Shown: positions 27,792 to 37,599 of the stretch, piece by piece
How the letters are laid out: each line of letters begins with the position of its first letter
How positions within the stretch are numbered: the first letter of the stretch is position 1
Virus record (IMG/VR): IMGVR_UViG_3300049489_001113
Coordinates: 36,479-100,478 of that record
Reading direction: 5' to 3' (one strand)
Source: a virus
Length of the DNA: 64,000 nucleotides
The notes under the pieces: generated by a model
Told to the model about the DNA's origin: nothing
Seen by the model: only the letters and a program-made list of their open reading frames with translations
Database searches by the model: none
Translations under genes and position numbers: made by a program

Positions 27792-28793
27792 TCAGGCTCC
27801 GAGCAGACCGCGCAGCAGGTCGATGGTGGCGGTAGGTCCACCACCCACCAGCAGCATAGCTCCTACGGCGGCGTACGGACCAGACTCCGACCCAGGGGGA
27901 GGGCCCGCGGCGAGGATGGCCGACTGGAGTTCGTAGGTGGTGTAGGTCCCCTCGAAGAAGAGGATGCTGATCCCCCCGATCTCCGAGAGCGCATCGAACA
28001 GCGCGAGGATGGCATCGAACTCGGCGATGAGGCCGTCGAGGATGGCGATCTTCGCCTCGAGGAAGGCGATGTACTGCTCGATCAGTTCGGACAGTCCGAG
28101 CCCGAAGACGAAGAGACCGACGCACTTCTTGAGGACGGTCGCCACCGTACCGAGCACGGGAACCAGATCCTTCAGCAGCACGGGCTTCATCCAGTCCGGC
28201 GCGGTGCCCTGCCCCCGGTACACGTTGGTACTGTACCCGGAACGCAGGCAGTCTTTGTCCAGCTTGAAAGGCGGGAACTGAAGTGCGCCGTCTTCGTCGC
28301 GGTTCTCCGCGATGCAGGAGAGGGACCGCCCGTCGAACGGCTGGAACAGCGCGGACAGGAACGACTTGATCGTGGTGAGCAGCGCGTCGTAGTCGAGGCC
28401 CACCGACATGATGACCGCGCCGGCCTGAAGTTGTGGCGTGGTGAACTCGGGGCGGTTCCGGTCCCCCGGGTCGGAGAGCGAGCTGGTCACCCTCGTGAGC
28501 CACTGCTGCGGCGTCACGGCGTTCCTGAACCCCTGCGGTGCGTACACCAGCATGTAGATCCCCGCTTCCTCGAGGGACTCGATGAGCTGGTTGATGAGGG
28601 CGAGGATGCTCTCGAGGGACGCCTTCAGGATGTCGATGCGGTCGATGATGAGGGTCTTCAGCACGTTGAAGACAGCCTTCACCGCCTCGAGCGCCGTCTT
28701 GATGGCGTCGATGGCAGCCTGCAGTCCGGCGATGATCGGGTCGAGAAGGTCGTCCAGCCCGAAGCTGAAGTCTGTCCACTGCAGGTCAGCCAT
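27792..28793 (-). CDS. Baseplate-region protein (333 aa, helical)
   Basis: Long GC3-biased ORF between spike and gp25 genes. Confidence 0.75.
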   Translation of the reverse strand: MADLQWTDFSFGLDDLLDPIIAGLQAAIDAIKTALEAVKAVFNVLKTLIIDRIDILKASLESILALINQLIESLEEAGIYMLVYAPQGFRNAVTPQQWLTRVTSSLSDPGDRNRPEFTTPQLQAGAVIMSVGLDYDALLTTIKSFLSALFQPFDGRSLSCIAENRDEDGALQFPPFKLDKDCLRSGYSTNVYRGQGTAPDWMKPVLLKDLVPVLGTVATVLKKCVGLFVFGLGLSELIEQYIAFLEAKIAILDGLIAEFDAILALFDALSEIGGISILFFEGTYTTYELQSAILAAGPPPGSESGPYAAVGAMLLVGGGPTATIDLLRGLLGA

Positions 28794-29244
28794 CGGTTGA
28801 CTCCTCCGCGAGGAGCGCGGCGCGTGTCGACGGGGGCAGCGCGGTCAACGCGCGGATGCGCAAGGTGTTGAGCTGGTCCACCGACCGCCCCTCGATCTCG
28901 AACGCCTGCATCCGCACGAGCAACCCCGTCAGAGCCCCGGCGGTCTGCAACAGCGACGCGAGCCAGCCGTTCTTCGCGGTGGCGCGCCCCCATTCGATCT
29001 TCTGCCCCCGCTTCGCACGCAGTTCACCGATGCTGCGGCGCAGGACCTTCTCCGCGCTGACCACCTCGGCGACCGCTTCCTCCATGACCGGACGCCAGCG
29101 GTCGAGCATGTCCTTCTGCGGGGTCCCCTTCGCCCGTACGAGGATGCGCGCCACCTCTTTGGCGTCGCCCTCGACCCGGCGCAGAAGCGTGGCCGCCTCG
29201 GCGAGGCGCTGCGTCTCGGGCATGTTGGCGAAGTCGAGGTTCAT
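28786..29244 (-). CDS. Hypothetical protein (MNLDFAN...)
   Basis: ATGA coupling upstream; GC3 bias. Confidence 0.65.
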   Translation of the reverse strand: MNLDFANMPETQRLAEAATLLRRVEGDAKEVARILVRAKGTPQKDMLDRWRPVMEEAVAEVVSAEKVLRRSIGELRAKRGQKIEWGRATAKNGWLASLLQTAGALTGLLVRMQAFEIEGRSVDQLNTLRIRALTALPPSTRAALLAEESTDG

Positions 29245-29468
29245 CCGATGGTCCCCGTCTCGGTATCCACGCCGCTCGTAACCCCCGTCACGGTGACCAC
29301 GGCGTTGGCCTGGAACTCTTCGATGATGGCACGGGCGAACCCGAGCGCCATCGGTGCGATCCCTTCGCGCGCTTTCGTCTCGTCGAGGTCGCCGCCGTAT
29401 ACGGCCTGCAGTTCGACCACGGCCTCGTCTTCCATGGCCTGCGCGAGTCGGGCGATGTCGAGTGCCAT
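29241..29468 (-). CDS. Small spike-associated protein (75 aa)
   Basis: Directly after the spike gene; A.AI...F..NA.VTV motif. Confidence 0.65.
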   Translation of the reverse strand: MALDIARLAQAMEDEAVVELQAVYGGDLDETKAREGIAPMALGFARAIIEEFQANAVVTVTGVTSGVDTETGTIG

Positions 29469-29471
29469 GCG

Positions 29472-30764
29472 CTACTCCGTGAAGCTCTTGACCGAGAGGG
29501 TCGCCGCCAATCCCGAGGCGTACGTGGATGCGAAGACGGGCGGGATCGGCGGCGTAGTCGGCGCACCCGGTGCGGCACACGTGTGGACGTGCGCGTCGAT
29601 GAGACCGAGCACCGTCGACATGAGGGACGTGTACGAGAGGCCCTTGATGATCGGTTCGATCGCGGCCACAAGGCTACCGAGATGCACGGTCACGGTGGCA
29701 TCGAGGTTGGCGACTCCGGGTGTGCCGTTCAGCTCGAGGATCGCTTTCGTCGCGAGTCCGGTCGCGTCCGTGCTCTGGAGGACGGCGCGGGAGTTCTGCG
29801 CCGTGAAGTCGATGCCGAGGTCGGTGGGGATGCCGCCGTTCGTCGCGCTGTTCTGTGCGGTGATGCCGACACCGCCCGCGGCCTGCACGAACCAGTCGGT
29901 GCCCACCATCAGACTCGCCTGGTTCGAGACGGTCCTGCTTTCCTTCCCGAGCACGAGTTCGGTGAGGGAGCCGGCGAAGGTGTTCTTGGTGTCGCCGCCC
30001 ATCTCCATCGTGATGGTGGACGCCTTCACGGTGTAGTCACCCTTCACCTCGCATAGGTACGACCCGTTCACCGTCTGCTGCCAGTCCCCTTCGTTCGTGA
30101 GGAACGCGGGGCCGTTGACGATCTGCTCCCACGCGAGCGCGGCGAACGTCTGCAGGATCCCCGCGGTGGCCTGCAGGCGCAGGTTCTCCACCGCGCCGAG
30201 GTTGACGGTGCCGTCCTGCATGATCTCGAGGTGCGCCCCGCTCTTGTGGTAGAGCTGCACACGCTCGGTTCCCTCAGTGTCGTCGAACTCGAGGCGCGAA
30301 CCGGACGGCATCTGGATGATGCGCACCTTGCCGGTCTCCGTCGCGTTGAAGGTGCTCTCGGGGATCACCCCGCCGGGGTGGCCCTTCACGGAGTTGTTGT
30401 CGGCCTCGTCGGGCAGCGCGCGGGCGTGGTCGGGAACGCTCTCGGTGGACCACATGCCGGCCGTCCAGATGGGCGGCTTCTGCGTGTTCCCCTCCTCGAG
30501 TTCCACCCACACCATGTCGCCGACGTCGGGGATGAACACGGCACCGTGCGGCGCGTCGCGGTTGTTCCCACCGAAGGGCATCGCGGGCCAACACCACGAG
30601 CTGGTGGCTCCACCGAACAGGACGGGGACCTGCACCTTGATGCGCCCCAGCCCGGCAGGGTCCTGGTTGTCGCGCACGATGGCACGGTACTTCCCGTAGT
30701 ACCGGCCCGCGTAGCGAAGCCGGAACTCGTGGTGCATCGTGTCGAGGACGTCTTTGAGGCTCAT
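29472..30764 (-). CDS. Baseplate spike (gp5/gpV/VgrG C-terminal-like)
   Basis: YYGKYRAIV..DP..GRIKV.VP OB fold, P.VGD.VWVE.E.G, SG..LEFDDT.G.E, beta-helix, C-terminal HVH. Confidence 0.9.
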   Translation of the reverse strand: MSLKDVLDTMHHEFRLRYAGRYYGKYRAIVRDNQDPAGLGRIKVQVPVLFGGATSSWCWPAMPFGGNNRDAPHGAVFIPDVGDMVWVELEEGNTQKPPIWTAGMWSTESVPDHARALPDEADNNSVKGHPGGVIPESTFNATETGKVRIIQMPSGSRLEFDDTEGTERVQLYHKSGAHLEIMQDGTVNLGAVENLRLQATAGILQTFAALAWEQIVNGPAFLTNEGDWQQTVNGSYLCEVKGDYTVKASTITMEMGGDTKNTFAGSLTELVLGKESRTVSNQASLMVGTDWFVQAAGGVGITAQNSATNGGIPTDLGIDFTAQNSRAVLQSTDATGLATKAILELNGTPGVANLDATVTVHLGSLVAAIEPIIKGLSYTSLMSTVLGLIDAHVHTCAAPGAPTTPPIPPVFASTYASGLAATLSVKSFTE

Positions 30765-32236
30765 TTCCTGCTCGTGGCCCTCTGGTATACCAGTTTGCCG
30801 CTGCCCTCGAGCACCGCCACCGACGTGTCCCCGGCGAGCCCCACCCACATCTGCTCGGCCTCCTCAGCGCGCAACGACGGATCCTGCTGCGTGTCCTTCG
30901 CCTTGTCCTCGGCGTCGGCGGTCTTGCTCGAAGGGCCGAGCCCCTTCTTGCCGCACCACAGGGTGGTCTTGAGCCCACCCGCGTCGAGGACGTGCTCGTA
31001 CTCGTAGATGCGCCACCTGCCGCTGAATCTGGTGCCAACGCCGATAACCTCCACCGGGTCGCCCTGACGCACCGTCACGTCGAACACCGTCAGCTCCGCC
31101 TTCGCGAGCGCGAGGTCGCTCTTCGTCCCGGCCCCCGCCGCCGGCAGCACCTTCGGCACGTCCTCCTTCTTGTCGGGCGTGTCTCCCACGTCGCGCTGCG
31201 GGACCGTCACATCGCGGACCGTGTGCACGAACGCGCTGTCCTCGATCGTCTTCCCACCGAGCTGCAGCGTCCCGGTCTCGTAGAGCGCCTCCATGTACTC
31301 GTTGGCTGGCTCCGTGACGGCCCCTTGATCCTCCTCGCTGTTGTCGCTCGTGGCGAGGATGTCGCCGGCCTCCGACTGCTCCTCCGCACCACCGGAGGTG
31401 TTGGCCACCACGTCGTCCATCGACGTGTCGTTCGGGTCGCTCACGCCAAACTCGTCGTCGGTGTCGTTCGTCCCGAATGCCTCCCCGGCGGCGATGTCCA
31501 CCCCGCACGTACCGACATCCGGGCCGGACTGCCCGGCCGCACCGGTGCCGCCGCCCTTCTTGATGAAGGTGGTCTGCGCGGGCTCGAAGGACATGAGGCT
31601 CTTCGTGCCCACCCGCCACGCGAGGATCTTCGGAGACAGGACGTCTTTGTTCACCTGGTCCTGCTTGAAGATGATGTTCCCGTCCTGGATGGCGAAGTAG
31701 TAGCCGTAGCGATCCGCGATCTTCCGCAGGAACCGCGCGTCCGTCCAGTCGGCCTGCATCGCGGGGAAGCTGTCGTCGAAGACGTGCTTGTCGCTGTCCT
31801 CGATGATGAACCCGAGTCCGTTCTCCTCGGCGATCTGCTGCACAACCTGCCCGATGCTCTTCCCCTCGAAGGATCTGGCGCGTGCGCACTGGTTGAGCAC
31901 ACGCATCTTGTCCATGAGGTCGAGGTCGATCTGGCAGTACCCCTGCGGGTTGAAGGTCATCTTGAATCCGGCCACCTCGAGGGGGCCGAACGGGCGGAAG
32001 TCGTCCACCGAGCCGAGCGCCACGGCCCACTCGGTACCCTTGTTCCAGATGTTGAGGTCGGTCCACTGGAGCTTGTCGTCGCGGATGACGACCTTCACCG
32101 CCATCGACTCCTGGTACCTGTGGGAGATGCGGATGCTCTCGACGTACCGCTTCAGCCCGTCACCGACCTGGTAGCCGGCGACGTAGAGGTTGAAGAGGGG
32201 GTTGAGCTTCCCCGGTTCCCAGAGCTGGTACCCCAC
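30761..32236 (-). CDS. Baseplate hub / late control D-like protein
   Basis: IAEENGL, Q...TD..FL..IA.RYGY, GVG.RFSG.W motifs. Confidence 0.85.
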   Translation of the reverse strand: MGYQLWEPGKLNPLFNLYVAGYQVGDGLKRYVESIRISHRYQESMAVKVVIRDDKLQWTDLNIWNKGTEWAVALGSVDDFRPFGPLEVAGFKMTFNPQGYCQIDLDLMDKMRVLNQCARARSFEGKSIGQVVQQIAEENGLGFIIEDSDKHVFDDSFPAMQADWTDARFLRKIADRYGYYFAIQDGNIIFKQDQVNKDVLSPKILAWRVGTKSLMSFEPAQTTFIKKGGGTGAAGQSGPDVGTCGVDIAAGEAFGTNDTDDEFGVSDPNDTSMDDVVANTSGGAEEQSEAGDILATSDNSEEDQGAVTEPANEYMEALYETGTLQLGGKTIEDSAFVHTVRDVTVPQRDVGDTPDKKEDVPKVLPAAGAGTKSDLALAKAELTVFDVTVRQGDPVEVIGVGTRFSGRWRIYEYEHVLDAGGLKTTLWCGKKGLGPSSKTADAEDKAKDTQQDPSLRAEEAEQMWVGLAGDTSVAVLEGSGKLVYQRATSRK

Positions 32237-32239
32237 GAC

Positions 32240-32563
32240 TCACCTCTTCCGCTGGAACCGCTGGTGGGAATCCTTCGGTGGGACACGGATCTCGACGCCG
32301 TCCGGGAGATCGAGCGGGTAGAAGATCTCCGGGTTGCAGTCGGCGACGAGCCACCACAGGTGCTGGCGCCCGAGGAACCGCTGCGCCACGGCAGCGAAGC
32401 TACTCCCCGCCTGGGGGATGAGGGTGCGCGTGCCGCGGGGCAGTTGCTCCTCGAAGACGGTGGTGTCGCGCTGCTCGTAGACGAGCTGCGTCCCGCCCCT
32501 GTCGTCCACAACCTGGAGCTTGGGCTGCCGCAGGTACCGACTCGATCGACGAGGGAAGGACAT
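32240..32563 (-). CDS. LysM/gpX-like tail protein
   Basis: A.RFLG...LWWLVAD.NP...PLDL..G..IRVP. Confidence 0.82.
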   Translation of the reverse strand: MSFPRRSSRYLRQPKLQVVDDRGGTQLVYEQRDTTVFEEQLPRGTRTLIPQAGSSFAAVAQRFLGRQHLWWLVADCNPEIFYPLDLPDGVEIRVPPKDSHQRFQRKR

Positions 32564-33192
32564 CAGAATTCCTCGACCGCTTCGGGCGGTGCGGACTGCA
32601 GTGCGGCCAGGAGCGCGGCGTTCTCCTCCGCCTGGTTTCCGATCTTGCCGAGCCCGCCGGAACTGCCGCCCTGCCCGTTGACGATCATGTCGGTGAGGAG
32701 CTGGTTCGACTGCTCGACGTCAACGAACACGACGGACGCGTCGATCGCGACCCGCGCACGGATCGGGTTGAGGTCGAGATCGAACATCTCCTCGGTGATG
32801 TCCACCCGGTTCACCACCATCCACCACACGCGGTTGCCGAGGCAGAGCTGGCAGAGCGGTGGAGCCGTGAACTCGGAGAGGGACACGTCGTCGTTCTGCA
32901 CGTTGGGGCGCGCGAGGCTTTCAAGGAATGCGAGTTGGTTGATGACCCACTTCCGGTTGCCGTCCTCGCGAGAGTCGAGGAACAGTTCGAAGTTGAGCGT
33001 CTCTCCTTGTCCCTGCCCGTACATGGGGATCGGTAGGAACCCACCAGGTGGGATGGTCAAGGTCCAAGCAGCACCAATGGTGCGCCGGATGGACCCAGGG
33101 TTGAACTGGAACTCGAGGTAGATCACGGGCGTGCCGTCACTGTCCAGCTTGTTGATGAGTCCCCTTTTCGGGGGTCCCTTTACGAGTCCCAT
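32563..33192 (-). CDS. CIS-tube / tube-initiator protein
   Basis: FQFNP, L.FELFLD, PP.C.L, FD..L.P.RA motifs. Confidence 0.82.
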   Translation of the reverse strand: MGLVKGPPKRGLINKLDSDGTPVIYLEFQFNPGSIRRTIGAAWTLTIPPGGFLPIPMYGQGQGETLNFELFLDSREDGNRKWVINQLAFLESLARPNVQNDDVSLSEFTAPPLCQLCLGNRVWWMVVNRVDITEEMFDLDLNPIRARVAIDASVVFVDVEQSNQLLTDMIVNGQGGSSGGLGKIGNQAEENAALLAALQSAPPEAVEEF

Positions 33193-33202
33193 GCTGCCCT
33201 CC

Positions 33203-35821
33203 TCACGTCACGCTCGAGGACATCTGGATGGCGAGTTCGGCCGCGATCTGGTCCGACACCATCCGTGCAAACTTCTGCGCCTCCGCCGGCGACAGCTCCG
33301 CGGCCTGGAACACCATCTGCCCGATGCTCACGGTGATGCCGCCCCCGGCCGCCCCCGCAGCCACCGCCGGTGAGCCCTGTGCCGTAGGCGCGGACGCCAC
33401 GACGGCGGACATGGCCGGGTTCCCCGGGCCAGGACCCACCGCGGTGGACAGAGCGCCCGCTGCCATCGCCCCAAAGGACGGGGCGAATGCGAGCATGCCC
33501 GCCGCGATGTTTCCGAGGATGGCCGCACCGGCGTTGCCGAGTCCGTAGAGCGGGCTCGAGGTGTCCTTCGGCTCCGAGCCGGGAAGGATGTCCTTCAGCT
33601 TCTGCAGGTGATCCGAGAACACATCGGTGAGGGTCGTGTCGGTGAAGGCGGCCACGATCATCTTTGGGATCATCCAGAAGCCGCTCTGCACGAATCGGAA
33701 GAAGTCGTAGACCATCTCGAACAGCTCGGCGAACACACGCCAGATCGTGGCTCCGACCGCAACGAAGGCCGCGCCGATGATGGCGAGCACCCGCCCCATG
33801 TCAACCAACCAACCTACGAGAGTGCCAAGGACCAACCCGAAGTCACGCCACGACTTCGATGCGCCCATGCTGGCCGCCGAGATGCCGAAGAACCCGAGGA
33901 CCATCTTCGCCGCGAGCTTGAGGTCAGCGATGATGAGTTTGAATGCTGGGCCCACGTTCTCGAGCGCCGGCATGAGCCCTTCCTTGAACCCCTCCCAGAG
34001 CTGCTGGAGTCGGTACTTCAGGTTCAGGATGGCGATGACGAACTTGCCGAGGAGGGGCGTCTGCTCGAAGAGCATCTTGCCCATCTTGAGGGGCACCTTC
34101 TCGCCGTTGAGGAACGCGAACAGCACCTTCACCGCGTTCGACACGAGCGCGAACTTCTCCGTCACCGAGTCCGCGAACCCGCCGATGTTGTAGCGCCACG
34201 CGACGAGGGCGGCGGTGGCGAACATGAGCAGCGGGATCATCAGGAGCAGGCCGACAAGCATGAACGGGAACACTTCGGCGGCGAACGTGCCGAGGATGAT
34301 CTGTAGGTTCACGAGGGCTGCGGAGAACAGGAAGGTGTTGGCCTCCGCGATGGCCATGGCCGCGTCGTAGATCGCGAGCACACCTGCGATGAACCCCACC
34401 GCGATGGCGGCAGTCCCGGCGGCGGTGGCCATGAGACCCATAGCGAGCGTGAGAGTGCCGACGGCGAAGGTCACCCCCAGGATCGCCACACGCACGAGAA
34501 TCGAATCGCGCGCTGCCACGGCCAGCCCCTTCGCGAAGCGAAGGACTACATCGAGCCCCTCCTTCAGAAGCGGCAGCACCGTCTCCCCGAGGACGACCTT
34601 GAAGCCCTCCCACACGTTGAAGAGCTGCTTCTTGATCCCTTCCCAGGTGTCCGCGAACTTCTGGGACATCTCCGCGGCCTGGTTCATCTTGTCGACGCCA
34701 GCATCGTCGATCTGCTTCCCGAGAGCCTCGAGCGCGTCGACGCCGCTCAGCACCTTCCCGTCGAAGTTCATGTTGCCCATGTTCTGGGCGAGCGCGAGCA
34801 GGCCACCGGCATTCTGCTTGAACACGGCGGACATCACGGAGCTGAAGTCGGCGGCGTTCATCCCCATCGCCTGCTGCCGCCGCGTCATGTCAGCCGTGAT
34901 CGACAGCACGTTCTTCCAGTTGCCCTGCGCGTCCTTCAGATCCTCCGGGCTCATACCAAGCTTCGCGAGGGCGCCCGTCTTCATGTCTGACTGGGAGATC
35001 TCCATGACCTCCTTGTTGAGGCCGGCGAAGCCGTTCGCGATGGAGGCGATCGAGTTGCCGACGTCCTTGTTCGTCTTGCCGGCGTTCTTGCCCGCCGCGG
35101 CGATGGCGAGCAGCGAACCCACGGTGGAGTTCTTCATCGTGACGCCGGTGGCGGCGATGCGCGCGAACAGTCCGTTGAGGTCCTCGAAGTTGAGGTTCGA
35201 CACCTGGGTCGCGACGGCGAGCTTGTCGAAGAACCCCGGGAGCTGGCTCTCCGTGAGACCGAGGGTCTTCCGCGCCATGACCGCCATGAGCGCGCCCTGC
35301 TCCGTGGTGAGCGTGCCCATCGACGCGCCGACGAAGTCGAGCGTTGGGATGAGGGCCTCGTTTGCCTCCTTCGCGGTGAAGCCGGCCTGCGCGAGCGAGA
35401 GGAGTGCCTCGGTCTTCTCCTGTGCGCTGAACAGCCCAGCCTTGTCGAAGTCGAGCGCGCTCTGGCGCAGCGCCTTCATCTCGTCGACGTTGCCCTCGGT
35501 GACCGCCGAGAGCTTGGCCATCCCCACCTCGAAGTTCCCAGCCGCCTCCACGCCGGTCCCCATCGTGGCGAGCATGCTCACCCCAAGACCGGTGAGGGAG
35601 CGCCCGGCGCGGCTCAATGCGGAACCGATGAGGCCCACCCCGATGCCGCCGAGCCGGCCCGTCCGGTAGCTCGCGGCGGCGAGCTGATTCTGCGAGCCGT
35701 TGAACTGCGCACCGAACATCTGCGCCTGCTTCGACAGCCCGCTGAAGAACTTCTGCGCGGCCGCTGTCGCCGGGCCGGTGACGACCTGGAACATCAGCGG
35801 GAAGACGGCGGGTGCAGCCAA
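33203..35821 (-). CDS. Tail tape measure protein
   Basis: 872 aa, Ala-rich helical with TP901-type core and hydrophobic segment; downstream of chaperone. Confidence 0.9.
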   Translation of the reverse strand: MAAPAVFPLMFQVVTGPATAAAQKFFSGLSKQAQMFGAQFNGSQNQLAAASYRTGRLGGIGVGLIGSALSRAGRSLTGLGVSMLATMGTGVEAAGNFEVGMAKLSAVTEGNVDEMKALRQSALDFDKAGLFSAQEKTEALLSLAQAGFTAKEANEALIPTLDFVGASMGTLTTEQGALMAVMARKTLGLTESQLPGFFDKLAVATQVSNLNFEDLNGLFARIAATGVTMKNSTVGSLLAIAAAGKNAGKTNKDVGNSIASIANGFAGLNKEVMEISQSDMKTGALAKLGMSPEDLKDAQGNWKNVLSITADMTRRQQAMGMNAADFSSVMSAVFKQNAGGLLALAQNMGNMNFDGKVLSGVDALEALGKQIDDAGVDKMNQAAEMSQKFADTWEGIKKQLFNVWEGFKVVLGETVLPLLKEGLDVVLRFAKGLAVAARDSILVRVAILGVTFAVGTLTLAMGLMATAAGTAAIAVGFIAGVLAIYDAAMAIAEANTFLFSAALVNLQIILGTFAAEVFPFMLVGLLLMIPLLMFATAALVAWRYNIGGFADSVTEKFALVSNAVKVLFAFLNGEKVPLKMGKMLFEQTPLLGKFVIAILNLKYRLQQLWEGFKEGLMPALENVGPAFKLIIADLKLAAKMVLGFFGISAASMGASKSWRDFGLVLGTLVGWLVDMGRVLAIIGAAFVAVGATIWRVFAELFEMVYDFFRFVQSGFWMIPKMIVAAFTDTTLTDVFSDHLQKLKDILPGSEPKDTSSPLYGLGNAGAAILGNIAAGMLAFAPSFGAMAAGALSTAVGPGPGNPAMSAVVASAPTAQGSPAVAAGAAGGGITVSIGQMVFQAAELSPAEAQKFARMVSDQIAAELAIQMSSSVT

Positions 35822-35830
35822 CGCGATCTC

Positions 35831-36073
35831 CTACTTCTTCTTGATGGCCTGTTTCTCTTGCTCTACGAACTCGATCATACGATGCCAGTAGGACTTGCGC
35901 ATTCGCACCGTGAGGCGCACGACGTCGTCGGGGTGCCACTTCCACCGTTCCGCAAGCATCGACACCTCGTTGCGCACCATCCGCTGCCCCGCCGTCTCCC
36001 AGTCCACCTCGCCGAGTCCGGAACTCAGGGGGTCACCCTGCTCCATCACCGGGGCGAGGTACCCGAGAAAAAA
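35831..36073 (-). CDS. Tail assembly chaperone, -1 frameshift extension
   Basis: -1 frame from slippery T TTT TTC (36067-36073) reads FFLGYLAP...WKWHPDDV..L..R.R. Confidence 0.75.
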   Translation of the reverse strand, partial: FFLGYLAPVMEQGDPLSSGLGEVDWETAGQRMVRNEVSMLAERWKWHPDDVVRLTVRMRKSYWHRMIEFVEQEKQAIKKK

Positions 36074-36819
36074 CCGGAGGCGTCCACCTGCACGCGCTCG
36101 TTCAGGCGCCCGCAGTCGGCGCACGTGAGGTCCGTCGCCATCTGCACACCGGGCATCTTCGAGTTCACGATCTCGCCGAGCCGCTGCCTGTCCATCGTGC
36201 GCATCTTGCGGAACGCGTCGGCGGTCGGCTTCACCCCATCCTCGAACCCCACGACGAGCGTGGACAACAGGGCGGTGGCGACGGTCTCCGGGCTCCGCGC
36301 GCTCACGTTGGCCAGTTGCTCCGCGTCGACCCCGCTGAGGAGCTTGAGCGTCCCCTTGTGGTGGACCTTGCCGTCGATGAGGAATCCCTTCTCGTCCTCG
36401 AAGGCGAACGTCGTCTCCCTGGAGTCGGGCCACTCCACGAAAGGAAGCTCAGAAAGCCGAATCTGGTCGGTGTTGTCCGTCTTGCAGTACCTGCACTGCC
36501 AGTCGCTTGATACCTCGTCGCCCATCGAGATCCGGCGGATGCTCAGGAGCAGGAAGTCGCGGTCCACCTGGTACATGGATCGCAGGTACTCGAGCGGCGC
36601 CAGAGCGTACCGGTCCGCCTTCTGCTCCATGAGCGCGGGGATCTCCTGGACGCACCGTTGCAGGAGCGCGGTGAGCCCGCGGACCGGCGCGTTCTTGTAC
36701 TTCGGGTTGGAGATGATCTCCTCGTCCACGCCGGACATCTCGTCGATCAGGACGTCGCGGAACACGCCGCCGTCCCTCCGGATGCCGACGGGAAGGCGGA
36801 TCGATTCGTACATGCTCAT
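36046..36819 (-). CDS. Tail assembly chaperone / T4 gp26-like protein
   Basis: LPVG, EM.G.DEE, DRDFLLL.IRR.S.G, two CxxC motifs, ends GFF; GGAGG RBS. Confidence 0.8.
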   Translation of the reverse strand: MSMYESIRLPVGIRRDGGVFRDVLIDEMSGVDEEIISNPKYKNAPVRGLTALLQRCVQEIPALMEQKADRYALAPLEYLRSMYQVDRDFLLLSIRRISMGDEVSSDWQCRYCKTDNTDQIRLSELPFVEWPDSRETTFAFEDEKGFLIDGKVHHKGTLKLLSGVDAEQLANVSARSPETVATALLSTLVVGFEDGVKPTADAFRKMRTMDRQRLGEIVNSKMPGVQMATDLTCADCGRLNERVQVDASGFFSGTSPR

Positions 36820-36905
36820 GTGGTTCCTCCGGGCTGCGTCGATGGTTTGTCGGGAGGAGCGCACGCTCCCCGCGCCCACAGCCTAACAGAGGAGGTGTCC
36901 CGCGG

Positions 36906-37535
36906 TCAGTCGCAGGAGATGCCCCCGACGCCCCACCCAAGTTCGGTCACGGTCGGGTGCATCACCTCGCCCATCCTGTGCGCGACCACGCCGTCCACCA
37001 CCTTCGTCTCCGAATGGCCGAGTCCGATGGCGTGGCCGATCTCGTGGGCGAGCAGGAGCGCCTGCAGGTCCGGCCCTTGGGGCGCCACCATGGTCGCCCC
37101 TTCCGACGTGGGATCCACGATCTCGATCTGGGCCGGGACGCGCACCACCGGGCCCTGCGTGGGCGAGAGGAGGGTGTCCCCCGCATGTTCGGGGCTGGCC
37201 CAGAGGTCGCGCTCCACGATCGCGATGTGACCCGGCTTGCACGGTGCCGTCGTGCCGTCGATGGTGCAGGTGTCGATACAAGGACCGGTGCCCGCCGTCT
37301 CGACGTCGCACCCGTTGTCCGACCAGAACTTCGCGACGCGCGGCATCTCCACGGACACCCACGCCGGCGCGCCGTCGCAGATCCACACCTTGTGCACCGC
37401 GTCCACGGGGACGATGCCGTTCTCGGGTACCACGGGCTCCTGCGAGTGCAGGTAGATGAGCAGCCCGATCACCAGAGGGGTGAACACGAACAGGCCGAGG
37501 ACTCCGATGACGCCGAGCTTTTTGAGGAACTTCAC
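36906..37535 (-). CDS. Membrane-anchored matrixin-like zinc metalloprotease
   Basis: HEIGHAIGLGH metzincin motif plus Met-turn (EVMHP); N-terminal TM; GTG start with AGGAG RBS. Confidence 0.85.
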   Translation of the reverse strand: MKFLKKLGVIGVLGLFVFTPLVIGLLIYLHSQEPVVPENGIVPVDAVHKVWICDGAPAWVSVEMPRVAKFWSDNGCDVETAGTGPCIDTCTIDGTTAPCKPGHIAIVERDLWASPEHAGDTLLSPTQGPVVRVPAQIEIVDPTSEGATMVAPQGPDLQALLLAHEIGHAIGLGHSETKVVDGVVAHRMGEVMHPTVTELGWGVGGISCD

Positions 37536-37553
37536 GGGATCTCCTGAAACGGA

Positions 37554-37580
37554 ACAGCCCCCGACGGGATCGGGGGCTGT
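37554..37580 (-). terminator. Stem-loop downstream of tail tube gene
   Basis: ACAGCCCCCGA / TCGGGGGCTGT 11-bp inverted repeat; weak U-tract. Confidence 0.6.
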
Positions 37581-37599
37581 CGTAGGGTGAGGGTGGGGA

